From Gemmatimonadales bacterium (GTDB lineage: Bacteria; Gemmatimonadota; Gemmatimonadetes; Gemmatimonadales; GWC2-71-9), in the NCBI GenBank assembly GCA_035763885.1, contig DASUAH010000034.1:104-64103 (forward strand): a stretch of 64,000 nucleotides of DNA. Direction: 5' to 3'. Shown here piece by piece: positions 6,827-16,179 of the stretch. A model generated the notes under the pieces. It made no database searches and had not been told where the DNA came from. It saw nothing but the letters and a program-made list of their open reading frames with translations. Positions within the stretch are counted from its first letter, which is position 1. Each line of letters begins with the position of its first letter. A program made the position numbers and the translations under genes.

Positions 6827-7822
6827 TCACCATCTGAGCGCGGCGCTCCCCCACGTGAAGCCGCTCCCGAACGCCGTCAGTATCACCAGGTCCCCACGGC
6901 GCAGCCGTCCCGCCCGCACGCACTCGTCCAGGGCGATCGGGATCGTGGCGGCCGTGGTGTTGCCGTAGCGGTCGATGTTGTTGTAAACCTGGTCGTCGCG
7001 CAGGGCGAGCGAGCGCTGGACCATCTCCGAGATCCGCAGGTTCGCCTGGTGGGCGAGCAGCAGTGCCACGTCCTCCAGCCGCTCCCCGGTCGCGGCGAGC
7101 ACCGCCCGCACCGACTCCGGCATCCGCACCACCGCATGGCGGAACACCTCCTTGCCGTCCATTTCCAGGAAGTGCCGTCCTTCCGCGAGGTGCCGCTCGG
7201 TGATCCGGGGATGATACATCGAGCCCGGACAGTCGACCCACAGCTTTTCGGCGTAGGCGCCGTCGGAGTGGAGGTCGAAGCCGAGGAGCCCGCGCCCCTG
7301 CTCCTCGGTCGGGGCGAGCACCACTGCGCCCGCTCCATCGGCGAAGATCACCGCGGTGTTACGTCCCCGGGTGGACACGTCCATTCCGGTGGACTGGATC
7401 TCTCCCCCGACGAGGAGCACCCGTCGGTACTGCCCGGTGCGGACCCACGCGTCGGCTACCGAGAGAGCGTAGATGAAGCCGCTGCACTGGGTGCGGACGT
7501 CCAGTGCGGGGATCGCGCCGCAGCCGAGCAGCCGTTGGAGGTACACCCCGTTGCCCGGGGCGAAATGGTCTGGAGTCGAGGTCGCGTAGACGATGGCGTC
7601 GAGCTCCGCGGCACGGAGGCCGGCCATCTCGAGGGCGCATTGCGCGGCCCGGGCGCCGAGCTCGGCTCCGGTCTCACCCTCCCGGGCCCAGCGACGTTCG
7701 GCGATCCCCGTGCGGGCGCGGATCCACTCGTCGCTCGTGTCCATTACGCGGGCGAGATCCTCGTTGGTCACGACCCGGTCGGGCACGGCGAACCCGGTGC
7801 CAAGGAAGCAGGTGCGGGGCAT
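6827..7822 (-). CDS. fabH: 3-oxoacyl-ACP synthase III (KAS III)
   Basis: VVTNEDLARVMDTSDEWIRARTGI, active-site QCSGFIYAL, HQANLRI and GNTTAATIPIAL motifs. Start taken at MPRTCFLG. Confidence 0.9.
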   Translation of the reverse strand: MPRTCFLGTGFAVPDRVVTNEDLARVMDTSDEWIRARTGIAERRWAREGETGAELGARAAQCALEMAGLRAAELDAIVYATSTPDHFAPGNGVYLQRLLGCGAIPALDVRTQCSGFIYALSVADAWVRTGQYRRVLLVGGEIQSTGMDVSTRGRNTAVIFADGAGAVVLAPTEEQGRGLLGFDLHSDGAYAEKLWVDCPGSMYHPRITERHLAEGRHFLEMDGKEVFRHAVVRMPESVRAVLAATGERLEDVALLLAHQANLRISEMVQRSLALRDDQVYNNIDRYGNTTAATIPIALDECVRAGRLRRGDLVILTAFGSGFTWGSAALRW

Positions 7823-7921
7823 GGAACTCCCGGGACGGAGAATCGTGGGGAGGCCCGGTATCTTCTCGTCTGGACAGTGGCTTCGCAAGTGAGGGGACCG
7901 GCTCGGCGACGGCTGCGCCCG

Positions 7922-8623
7922 ATGCCCGGTGCCTTTGCCGTCCTCGCGCTTGGCGCCGCGGTCGCGTGCGCGCAGTCCGGACCGCCGGCGGCCGCCGATT
8001 CGGTGGCCCTTCCGGCTCCCCGGCGGCCGGTCGCGGCGGTCGTGTCGCCCTCGTGGGACGACGAGTCGCGCCGCGATGGGGTGGGCGAGGCGGACCGCGT
8101 GTTCCAGCTCCTCTCGCTGGGGCCCGGCACTCGCGTGGCCGACATCGGCGCGGGGAGCGGCTACTACACGCTGCGTCTCGCACGGCGCCTCGGCCCGCGC
8201 GCGACGATCTACGCCGAGGACATCGACTCAGGCGTCGTGGCCCGGCTGGGGGCGCGGCTCGCGCGGGAGCAGGTGCGGGGCGTCCGGCTCGTTCTGGGCG
8301 ATCCGGCGGACCCTCGGCTTCCCGCCGGAACCGTGGATCTTGCGCTCCTCTCCCACATGTATCACGAGATCGCGCGACCGTACGACTTCCTCTACAATCT
8401 TCACCGCGCGCTCGCGCCGGGCGCGCGGGTTGCGATCATCGACTCCGACCGGCCTACCGGTTCGCACGGGACGCCGCCCGCGCTGCTCCGCTGCGAGCTT
8501 GGCGCCGTCGGCTACCGCGAGACGGCCTTCCATCGGCTCGCGCCGGCCGACGGCTACCTCGCGGTGTTCGCGGCCCCGCAGACGCTGCCGCCGATCGACT
8601 CCATCGCCGCCTGTCAGGCGTGA
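7922..8623 (+). CDS. class I SAM-dependent methyltransferase with N-terminal signal peptide
   Basis: MPGAFAVLALGAAVACAQS signal. Motif I is VADIGAGSGYYTLRLA. It is the in-frame 3-prime part of track ORF 6638..8623. Confidence 0.8.
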   Translation: MPGAFAVLALGAAVACAQSGPPAAADSVALPAPRRPVAAVVSPSWDDESRRDGVGEADRVFQLLSLGPGTRVADIGAGSGYYTLRLARRLGPRATIYAEDIDSGVVARLGARLAREQVRGVRLVLGDPADPRLPAGTVDLALLSHMYHEIARPYDFLYNLHRALAPGARVAIIDSDRPTGSHGTPPALLRCELGAVGYRETAFHRLAPADGYLAVFAAPQTLPPIDSIAACQA

Positions 8624-9921
8624 TCGCGGCCGGCCGCAGCGGTGGCCAGCACCTCCCGCGCCGCCCGCTCGCCGCTCGCGAGCGCGCCATGCACCGACGC
8701 GTGCTCGCCGGCCGCATCGGTCGCCTCGCCCGCGAAGAACAGCGTGTGCTCGATCGGCGCCGCCAGTCGCGCGGGCGCGTCCTCCCATCCGGCTACCGGG
8801 TAGCTGTACGCCCCGCGGGACCACCGGTCTTCCGACCAGTCGTGGGTGAACGCTCCCGCGAGCAGGCGTTCCAGCCTCACCGGTGGCACCCCGAACACCC
8901 GTGCGAGCGTGCCGAGCCCCGCCTGCACCAGCTCGTCCGCAGGGCATCCGGCCAGGCGCGCCGCCGCCGGGCCGCCCGCCCAGCCCGTCAGCAGCGGCGC
9001 GCGGACCGGCGACGGGGTCCACCAGGTCGGGATGTCCGCGCCCGGCACGTGCACGAAGCCTAGCGGTTCGTCACCCCGCTCTGTGCCGGGCAGCCCTTCC
9101 CACCAGGGCTCGCGGAAGCGGAGCACCAGGCGGAGCGCCGTGCCCATTGCGAGCCCCCGCAGCGCTGAGTCCAGCTCGGCGGGACGCGGATCGAGCTCCG
9201 GCCAATCACCCAGTGCGAGGACGCCCGCCGGCACGGTGATCACCACGGCGCGACTCCCGATCTCGGCTCCGTCGGGGGTCGACACCTCGACCGAGCCGGG
9301 CTGCCAGCGGACCCTCGCGACCGGCGCGCCGAGCCGCACCTCGCAGCCGGCGGCTCGGCGGAGCCACTCGGCCAGCGTGTCATAGCCGTCGAGGATGCGG
9401 TACCCCGCGCCGGTGCCGGAGCTCTGCCCCCGCTCGACCCGCGCGATCGCGCGGGCGCTGGCGCGATCGGCGTCCACGGCATGAAAGCCTTCCACGTAGC
9501 TCCGGAGCATCGCGGCCTGGTCGGGCGGCAGCGTCATCGCCCGCAGCACGGCTCCCACCGGCCGATCCTCCGGAAGCTCGCCGGCGCGCCGCACCAGCTC
9601 GCGAAGCGGCGTCTCCAGCTCGGGAGCGGGCGCGAGGCCCCGGTCGCGGGCGAGGTCGTGGCGCTCGCCCACCTTGACCACGGAGAGCCCGGCCGCGCGC
9701 ACGACGTTCCATACCGCCCGGGCGCGGCCGTGCACGAACTCGGCGCCGAGCTCGATGGGGAGGGGGAAGCCGGGGAGGTGACGGGTCAGGATCCGGCCGC
9801 CGATCCGCTCCCGCGCCTCGAGGACCACGACCCGCAGCCCCGCGGTACCGAGCGTGCGTGCGGCGGCCAGCCCCGCGACGCCGGCCCCGACGACAGTCAC
9901 GTCGGCCGCGGACGGCCTCAC
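8614..9921 (-). CDS. FAD-dependent amine oxidase (flavin monoamine/polyamine oxidase family)
   Basis: DVTVVGAGVAGLAAARTL...VVVLEARERIGGRI dinucleotide-binding fold and C-terminal FFAGEAT. The GTG start overlaps the upstream permease stop (GTGA). Confidence 0.85.
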   Translation of the reverse strand: MRPSAADVTVVGAGVAGLAAARTLGTAGLRVVVLEARERIGGRILTRHLPGFPLPIELGAEFVHGRARAVWNVVRAAGLSVVKVGERHDLARDRGLAPAPELETPLRELVRRAGELPEDRPVGAVLRAMTLPPDQAAMLRSYVEGFHAVDADRASARAIARVERGQSSGTGAGYRILDGYDTLAEWLRRAAGCEVRLGAPVARVRWQPGSVEVSTPDGAEIGSRAVVITVPAGVLALGDWPELDPRPAELDSALRGLAMGTALRLVLRFREPWWEGLPGTERGDEPLGFVHVPGADIPTWWTPSPVRAPLLTGWAGGPAAARLAGCPADELVQAGLGTLARVFGVPPVRLERLLAGAFTHDWSEDRWSRGAYSYPVAGWEDAPARLAAPIEHTLFFAGEATDAAGEHASVHGALASGERAAREVLATAAAGRDHA

Positions 9922-11132
9922 TCGTATCGCAACGCCACCACCGGATCCATCCTCGCCGCGCGGCGCGCCGGCCAGATACCGAAGAAAAGTCCCACGGCGG
10001 CACTGAACCCGAAGGCGATCGCGACGGAGAAGGGGGAGATGAGCGTGTTCCAGTGCAGGAAGCGCGAGAGCGCGATCGCCGTGCCCGCCCCCACCAGGAT
10101 GCCGACGAGTCCGCCCGCCAGGCAGAGCGCGAGTGCTTCGATGAGAAACTGCAGCTGGATGTTGGCGCGGGTGGCGCCGAGCGCCATGCGCACGCCGATC
10201 TCGCGGGTGCGCTCGGTGACGGACACCAGCATGATGTTCATGATCCCGATGCCGCCCACGACCAGGCTCACCGCGGCGATGCTCGCCAGCAGATAGGTGA
10301 ACACCTCGGTGGCCTGCTGCTGCGTCGCCAGCAGCTCCCGCTGGTCCCGGATCGTGAAGTCGTTGGGCTCACCCGGCCGGATCCGGTGCTCCCGCCGCAG
10401 CACGCGCTCCAGGTCGACCATCCCCTGCTCCACGGGCACGCCGTCCGCCACCTGGATCGACATGGACCGCAGCCGCTTGGTGCCGAAGAGGCGGTACTGC
10501 CCCGTCTCGAGGGGGACCAGGATCTGCTCGTCGGGATTGAACCACCCTCCCGCCGCTCCCTTCTCGCTCAGCACGCCGATGATCTCGAACGGCACGCCGC
10601 CGATGTCGAGCGTCTGGTGGATCATCGCGGCCGCGTTGCCGCCGAGCATCCCGGGCACCGACGCCCCGAGCACGGCGTACCGGCGGCGGGACCCGTTCTC
10701 GCCGGCCGTGAACATCCGCCCGAGCGGAACCGTAAAGTTCCGGACGCTGGTGTACTCGGGGGTGGTGCCGACGACCGGCAGGTTGGCGTTCTGGTTGCCG
10801 TACACCACCTGCATCGGCTGCTGCATCTCCGGCACCACCGCCGCGAGCAGCCGGGCGTCGCGGCGGAGCGCCTCGTAGTCGTCCGTGGTGAGCACGGTCA
10901 CGTCGGTGATCCGCACCATGCCGGCCCGCGCCTGGCCTGCGAAGACCGTGAAGACGTTGGCGCCGAGCGCGGCGATCCGCTCCTCCACCGCCTTCTGCGC
11001 GCCCCGCCCCAGCGCGAGCATGGTGATCACCGCGCCGACGCCGATGATGATGCCCAGCATCGTGAGGGCCGAGCGGAGCCCGTTGGCCCGGATCGATCGG
11101 AGCGCGGCGGCCAGGGTCTCCGCGAGCGGCAT
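9918..11132 (-). CDS. ABC transporter permease, MacB/FtsX family
   Basis: 404 aa. N-terminal TM, a large periplasmic domain, and C-terminal FtsX-type helices (GIMNIMLVSVTERTREIGVRMALGA). Confidence 0.9.
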   Translation of the reverse strand: MPLAETLAAALRSIRANGLRSALTMLGIIIGVGAVITMLALGRGAQKAVEERIAALGANVFTVFAGQARAGMVRITDVTVLTTDDYEALRRDARLLAAVVPEMQQPMQVVYGNQNANLPVVGTTPEYTSVRNFTVPLGRMFTAGENGSRRRYAVLGASVPGMLGGNAAAMIHQTLDIGGVPFEIIGVLSEKGAAGGWFNPDEQILVPLETGQYRLFGTKRLRSMSIQVADGVPVEQGMVDLERVLRREHRIRPGEPNDFTIRDQRELLATQQQATEVFTYLLASIAAVSLVVGGIGIMNIMLVSVTERTREIGVRMALGATRANIQLQFLIEALALCLAGGLVGILVGAGTAIALSRFLHWNTLISPFSVAIAFGFSAAVGLFFGIWPARRAARMDPVVALRYE

Positions 11133-11135
11133 CGG

Positions 11136-12488
11136 TCAGCGGGGGGTCTGGGCGCCCTGCTGGCGCATGCCGGGCACGGCGCCGCCGCCCGTCACGCGGG
11201 TCACCCGCTCGCGCATCTCCTGCCGCGACTCCACCAGGCTCGCGCTGGGCAGCAGCAGCACCGAGTCCCCGGCGGCCACGCCGTCCAGCACCTCGGTGTA
11301 GTCGAGGTCCGTGAGGCCGGTCCGGATCCAGACCGGCGTGGGCCGGCCCGCACGGAGGACGAAGACCACGTAGCGGCCGGCTTCGCGGACGGCTGGTCGG
11401 ACGGAGAGCTGCTCGGTCCGCAGGCCGGCGGAATCCCGCTTTGCGCCTCCCGGCGCCGGGGTGCGGGCGCGGTCTGCTCGCCCGGCGGTATCCGGCCGTC
11501 CGGCCGTCGGGCCCTCCGCGAGCTGCTCCCGCACCTGCGCCGGGTCGAGCCCGAGGACGGTGGCCGCCGAGCCCGCGTCACGGGCCGTGCGCAGCGCCGC
11601 GTTGGGTACCGCGAGCACGTCGCGCCGCTCGCCCACGTGGATCTCCACGTCGGCGTTCATGCCGGGTCGCAACAGGCCGTTCCGGTTGTCGATCCGGATG
11701 CGGACCGGGAACGTCGTCACGTTCTGCTGGACCACCGCCTGCGGCTCGATCTTGAGCACCGTGCCTTCGAACGGACGGTTGGGATACGCGTCCACCGTCA
11801 CCGTGGCGCTCAGTCCCGCGGCCACCTTGCCGATGTCGGTCTCGTCCACCTGGGAGGTGACCTGTACCAGCTGGAGGTCCGCCATCTTGAGCAGCGTGGT
11901 GCCGCCGCCCACGTTCTGGGTGGCCGATGCGATCACCTGGCCCCGCTCCACGCCCTTCTCGATGATCGTGCCCGAGATGGGGGCGCGCACGTCGGTGTCC
12001 TGGAGCTGGATCCGCGCGTTCTCCAGCGCCACGCGCGCTTTCACCACCGCCGCCTTCGCGTTGGCGTGGCTCAGGAGCACGTTCTCCCGGTCCTGCGCCG
12101 TGATCGCGCCGGTCCGGAACAGTTCCTCGGCACGCCCACGCTGCGCTTCGGTCGTGGTCAGCTGCGCCTTGGCCACGTCGAGGTCGGCCTGCGCCTGCGC
12201 CACCGCGTTCCGCGGCTGGCGGGGGTCGATGCGGAGCAGCAGCGTGCCCCGCCGCACCGTCTGCCCGGTTTCCACCTTCACCTCGAGCACCTCGCCGGCT
12301 GCGCGCGTCTTGACCTCCACCGTGGTGTCGGGCTGCACCGTCCCGCTCGCGCGGGCCGAGACGACGATGTCCCGCGGCGCGACCGCGACCGCCTGGTACA
12401 CCGGTGGGGCCGGCTCCTTGCGGCAGCCCACCACCAGGGCCATCCCGACGCCGATGCCGATCCGCGCGCCTGCCCGTGCCCTTGTCAT
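11136..12488 (-). CDS. efflux periplasmic adaptor (HlyD/MacA-type membrane fusion protein)
   Basis: Lipoyl, hairpin and beta-barrel signature ([18 protein letters not shown]; coiled-coil [13 protein letters not shown]). ATGA overlap with the ATPase gene. Confidence 0.9.
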   Translation of the reverse strand: MTRARAGARIGIGVGMALVVGCRKEPAPPVYQAVAVAPRDIVVSARASGTVQPDTTVEVKTRAAGEVLEVKVETGQTVRRGTLLLRIDPRQPRNAVAQAQADLDVAKAQLTTTEAQRGRAEELFRTGAITAQDRENVLLSHANAKAAVVKARVALENARIQLQDTDVRAPISGTIIEKGVERGQVIASATQNVGGGTTLLKMADLQLVQVTSQVDETDIGKVAAGLSATVTVDAYPNRPFEGTVLKIEPQAVVQQNVTTFPVRIRIDNRNGLLRPGMNADVEIHVGERRDVLAVPNAALRTARDAGSAATVLGLDPAQVREQLAEGPTAGRPDTAGRADRARTPAPGGAKRDSAGLRTEQLSVRPAVREAGRYVVFVLRAGRPTPVWIRTGLTDLDYTEVLDGVAAGDSVLLLPSASLVESRQEMRERVTRVTGGGAVPGMRQQGAQTPR

Positions 12489-13234
12489 CGCGGGGTCGCG
12501 AAGTCGCGTTCCACGCGCCCGTCCTTCAGGTGGATCTGCCGCCCGGCGTGTGCGGCGATCTCGGCCTCGTGCGTGACCACCATGATGGTCTGACCCTCCC
12601 CGTGCAGCTCCTCGAACAGTCGCATGATCTCGTGGCTGGTCGTCGAGTCCAGGTTGCCGGTCGGCTCGTCGGCGAGGAGCAGGCTGGGCCGGTTCACCAG
12701 CGCCCGCGCGATCGCGACCCGCTGCCGCTGCCCGCCCGAGAGCTCGTTCGGGCGGTGGTGCATCCGGTCGCCGAGCCCCACGTGCTCCAGGGCAGTTTCC
12801 GCCTGCCCTCGCCGGTCGCGGCTCCCTATCCCGGCGTAGACGAGCGGAAGCTCCACGTTGTGAAGCGCCGTTGCGCGGGGGAGCAGGTTGAAGGTCTGGA
12901 ACACGAAGCCGATCTCGCGGTTCCGGATGCGGGCAAGCTCGTTGTCACCCAGCTCCGACACCCGGTGTCCGTTCAGCCAGTACTCGCCGGCGGTGGGGCT
13001 GTCCAGACAGCCGATCAGGTTCATCAGGGTGGACTTGCCCGAGCCGGACGGGCCCATGATCGCCACGAACTCGTTCCGGCGGATCACCAGGTCCACGCCC
13101 GCCAGCGCGTGGACCACCTCGCCGCCCATGTCGTAGTCGCGGCGCAGGTTCCGGGTGACGATGATGGCGTCCCGCGGGATATCCGGCGGGAGCTGGGCCA
13201 TGCGTTCGGCGGTGGTTTCGAGCGTCGCGCTCAT
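12485..13234 (-). CDS. ABC transporter ATP-binding protein (MacB/LolD-type)
   Basis: Walker [10 protein letters not shown], signature [15 protein letters not shown], Walker [13 protein letters not shown]. Confidence 0.95.
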   Translation of the reverse strand: MSATLETTAERMAQLPPDIPRDAIIVTRNLRRDYDMGGEVVHALAGVDLVIRRNEFVAIMGPSGSGKSTLMNLIGCLDSPTAGEYWLNGHRVSELGDNELARIRNREIGFVFQTFNLLPRATALHNVELPLVYAGIGSRDRRGQAETALEHVGLGDRMHHRPNELSGGQRQRVAIARALVNRPSLLLADEPTGNLDSTTSHEIMRLFEELHGEGQTIMVVTHEAEIAAHAGRQIHLKDGRVERDFATPR

Positions 13235-13305
13235 TGGCGTAGGATGTCCGGGTCGGGGCCCTGGTCGCGTGCCTCACTGGGGTGAAAGCTAACGACGCGA
13301 AGCAG

Positions 13306-14700
13306 TCATCCCCCGCGCCGCTGGAACGCCTCGATCCCCGCGGCCATCGCGAGCCACACGCATACGGCGCCGAACACGTACGCCGTGGTCCGCGGCAGCA
13401 GCAGGAAGAGCCCTCCGAGCACAATGAGCGCGGCGCTGATCGGGGCGTACACCGAGCGCCGAGCGGCGCTGATCAACGTGCGGGTCGCGATCGCGGCGCG
13501 GCCCCGGAGCTGGCGGGAGCTCCGCGCGCGCCCGCCCCGTTGGGGCCCCGACGGCCGGCGCTGTAGCCCGGACGGCAGCACCTGCCGCAGCCGCGGCGGC
13601 CCCCGGAGCCGTCGCTCCACCTCGACAGTCTGCTCCAGGTCGCGCCGAAAGAGCGCCTCCATCTCGCGCGCGAAGCCGACGTCCTCGATCAGCACGTCGA
13701 TCTCGTAGTTGCCGAGCAGGCTTGAGGCATTCAGGTTGCTCGTGCCGATCCGGGCCCAGCGCCCGTCCGCGACCATCGTCTTGGCGTGCAGCATGGGGCC
13801 GTCCCACTCGTAGATCCGGATGCCCGCGCGGAGCAGGCGGCGGTAGCCGATGCGGGTGAGGTTCCGGACCACCGGAATGTCGCTCGTGCCGGGCACGAGC
13901 AGCCGGATGTCGGCGCCGTCGCGCGCCGCGTCCACCAGCGCCTGGAACAGCCGCGGCGGCGGGACGAGGTAGGCGTCGGTGATCCACAGCCGGTCGACGC
14001 TGCCCGCCGTGAGGTACTCCAGCGTGCGGTAGGCGCGCTCGCGCCCGGGTTCGCCGGCGACCACGCGGATTTCGGCGTCCCCGGCCGCCGGCACGTCCAC
14101 CCGCGACTCCGAGGCGGGCAGGGGACCGGCCGCGAGCCGCCAGGTATCGGCGAATGCGGCGTCCAGCGCGATGCCGGCGGGCCCGGCGATCTCGACGCCG
14201 GTATCGCGCCACGGCGCGAGGCCGCGCGCGGGGTCGCCCACCCATTCGTCCCCGATACACTGCCCGCCGGTCACGGCCCGCGCGCCGTCGGCCACCAGCA
14301 GCTTGCGGTGATTGCGCGACAGGTTGGCGAAGACCCGCACCAGGTGCGCCGGGTTGAACCGCCGCACGTCCACCCCCGCCTGCCGCAGCGACCGCCAGAA
14401 CCGCGCCGGAGTCGCGATCGAGCCCAGCGAGTCGTACAGGAGCCGGACCGGCAGGCCCTCGCGCGCCCGCTCCGCCAGCGCGTCGGCAACGCGGCGGCCG
14501 ATGCGGTCACCGCGCACGATGTAGTTCTCGAGGTGGATCCACCGGTCGGCCCGCGCGATCACGTCGAGCATCACTTCGTATGTCGCCGCGCCGTCCACCA
14601 GGAGCCGTACCCGGTTGCCGGGGATCGGGCGGCCGCCCGCGGCGCGGTTGATCGCGGCCTCGATGGGCCGGATCTCCCGGGCCGCAACCGAAGCCGTCAT
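13306..14700 (-). CDS. phospholipase D / cardiolipin synthase-like protein with C-terminal TM helices
   Basis: Two HKD motifs (NHRKLLVADG; LHAKTMVADGRWARIGTSNLN). Start at MTASVAA overlaps the HD-gene stop (ATGA). Confidence 0.85.
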   Translation of the reverse strand: MTASVAAREIRPIEAAINRAAGGRPIPGNRVRLLVDGAATYEVMLDVIARADRWIHLENYIVRGDRIGRRVADALAERAREGLPVRLLYDSLGSIATPARFWRSLRQAGVDVRRFNPAHLVRVFANLSRNHRKLLVADGARAVTGGQCIGDEWVGDPARGLAPWRDTGVEIAGPAGIALDAAFADTWRLAAGPLPASESRVDVPAAGDAEIRVVAGEPGRERAYRTLEYLTAGSVDRLWITDAYLVPPPRLFQALVDAARDGADIRLLVPGTSDIPVVRNLTRIGYRRLLRAGIRIYEWDGPMLHAKTMVADGRWARIGTSNLNASSLLGNYEIDVLIEDVGFAREMEALFRRDLEQTVEVERRLRGPPRLRQVLPSGLQRRPSGPQRGGRARSSRQLRGRAAIATRTLISAARRSVYAPISAALIVLGGLFLLLPRTTAYVFGAVCVWLAMAAGIEAFQRRGG

Positions 14701-15293
14701 GCCGGACCGAGGCCCAGACCCCGCTCGTGCGGGCGCAGCGCCGCGAGCACGAAGGCGACGTGCTCGTCGAGCGGCACGCCGAGCTCCTCCGCGCCACGGT
14801 ATACGTCGTCGCGGCTCACGCCCCGCGCGAACCCCTTGTCCTTGAGCTTCTTCCTGACGCTCGCGACCTCGAGATCGGCCAGGCTCCGCGAGGGCCGCAC
14901 GAGGGCGCACGCGACGAGGAAGCCCGACAGCTCGTCCACCGCGAACAGCGCCCGCGCGAGCGGCGTGTCGCGCGGGACGCCGGTGTACGTCGCGTGGCCC
15001 AGGATCGCGCGGCACAGCGGCCCCGGCAGCCCCCGCGCCGCGAGGATCCGGACCCCCTCGCTCGGATGCTCACGGTCGGGCGCGCGTGCGTCGTTGGGAA
15101 AGCGCTCGTAGTCGAAGTCGTGCAGCAGACCGACGAGCCCCCAGGTGTCCCGGTCCTCGCCGGCGCGCTCGGCCATCGCGCGCATCGCGATCTCGACGCC
15201 GTACATGTGCCGCCGGAGTGCCTCCGAGGCCGTGTACTCGTGCATCAGCGCGAGCGCGCGGCTGCGCGGCCAGTCGGGGACGGCGTGGCTCAT
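14697..15293 (-). CDS. HD/HDIG domain phosphohydrolase
   Basis: 198 aa. H..HM..VE and GLLHDFDY motifs. Confidence 0.85.
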   Translation of the reverse strand: MSHAVPDWPRSRALALMHEYTASEALRRHMYGVEIAMRAMAERAGEDRDTWGLVGLLHDFDYERFPNDARAPDREHPSEGVRILAARGLPGPLCRAILGHATYTGVPRDTPLARALFAVDELSGFLVACALVRPSRSLADLEVASVRKKLKDKGFARGVSRDDVYRGAEELGVPLDEHVAFVLAALRPHERGLGLGPA

Positions 15294-15303
15294 GTCGACC
15301 GGT

Positions 15304-15720
15304 TCACTGTTCCCCGCGTTCCTCGAACGGGTGGGCGAGTCCGGCGGTCAGCGGCACCCGGAGCGCCGGCTCGCCGTCGAGCCCGATCTCGAACGCATAC
15401 AGTCCGGGGCGCGGAAGCGGGATGTCGAACACGAGCACCGCGCCCGCCTCGACGTCGGTCACACCGGCCGGCGGCTCCCCGAACTGGACGGTCCCGTCGC
15501 CGCCCAGCAGCTCGGCGCCGGTCTCGTCCACGAACCGGATCCGGATGGTGTGCATTCCGATCTCGGTGCGCCGCCCGCGGACGCGGAGCACCAGATGCGT
15601 ACGCGGGTGCACGGCCGGGAACTCGCTCACCCACACGTGCTGGAAGATCCCGAGCACCGACAGCTTGCCCTGCTGGTCGATGAGGGCGTAATCGGCGAGG
15701 ACCGCGAAGTCGACGTGCAG
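15304..15720 (-). CDS. hypothetical protein (about 138 aa), start codon unresolved
   Basis: The frame is open with high GC3 (HVDFAVLADYALIDQQGKLSVLGIF...). There is no ATG/GTG/TTG near the conserved-looking N-terminus. The only candidate is CTG 15720-15718, 1 nt after the ppiB stop. Confidence 0.5.
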   Translation of the reverse strand: MHVDFAVLADYALIDQQGKLSVLGIFQHVWVSEFPAVHPRTHLVLRVRGRRTEIGMHTIRIRFVDETGAELLGGDGTVQFGEPPAGVTDVEAGAVLVFDIPLPRPGLYAFEIGLDGEPALRVPLTAGLAHPFEERGEQ

Positions 15721-15721
15721 C

Positions 15722-16171
15722 TCAGGACACCCGGATAGACGCGACGACGTCGTTGCGCTGGATCTGCCGCACGACGTCCATCCCCTGCGTGACCTGGCCG
15801 AATACGGTGTGCACCCCGTCGAGATGCGGCTGCGGCGCGTGACAGATGAAGAACTGGCTGCCGCCGGTGTCCCGGCCCGCGTGGGCCATCGACAGCGTCC
15901 CGGCGACGTGCTTGTGGGTATTGCGCTGAGTCTCGCACTTGATCTTGTAGCCCGGCCCGCCGGTCCCCACCCGGGGATCGTGCGGATCGCGCGACAGCGG
16001 ATCACCGCCCTGTGCGACGAAATTGGCGATCACGCGATGGAAGCGCGTCCCGTCGTAGAACTCGCTGTTGGCCAGCTTCTCGAAGTTCGCGACCGTGCCG
16101 GGGACCTCGTCGGCGTACAGCTCGGCGACGATGGTGCCCCGGCTGGTCTCGATCGTGGCGGTCTTGTTCAC
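15722..16171 (-). CDS. ppiB: cyclophilin-type peptidyl-prolyl cis-trans isomerase
   Basis: 149 aa. [31 protein letters not shown] and HTVFGQV motifs. Confidence 0.95.
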   Translation of the reverse strand: MNKTATIETSRGTIVAELYADEVPGTVANFEKLANSEFYDGTRFHRVIANFVAQGGDPLSRDPHDPRVGTGGPGYKIKCETQRNTHKHVAGTLSMAHAGRDTGGSQFFICHAPQPHLDGVHTVFGQVTQGMDVVRQIQRNDVVASIRVS

Positions 16172-16179
16172 GGAGCCCG

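Noticed and set aside
9858-12593. 911-aa plus-strand ORF
   Set aside because: It is antisense to the MacB permease and adaptor genes, which have clear family motifs. The translation is low-complexity and Arg/His/Pro/Gly-rich, typical of shadow ORFs in high-GC DNA.
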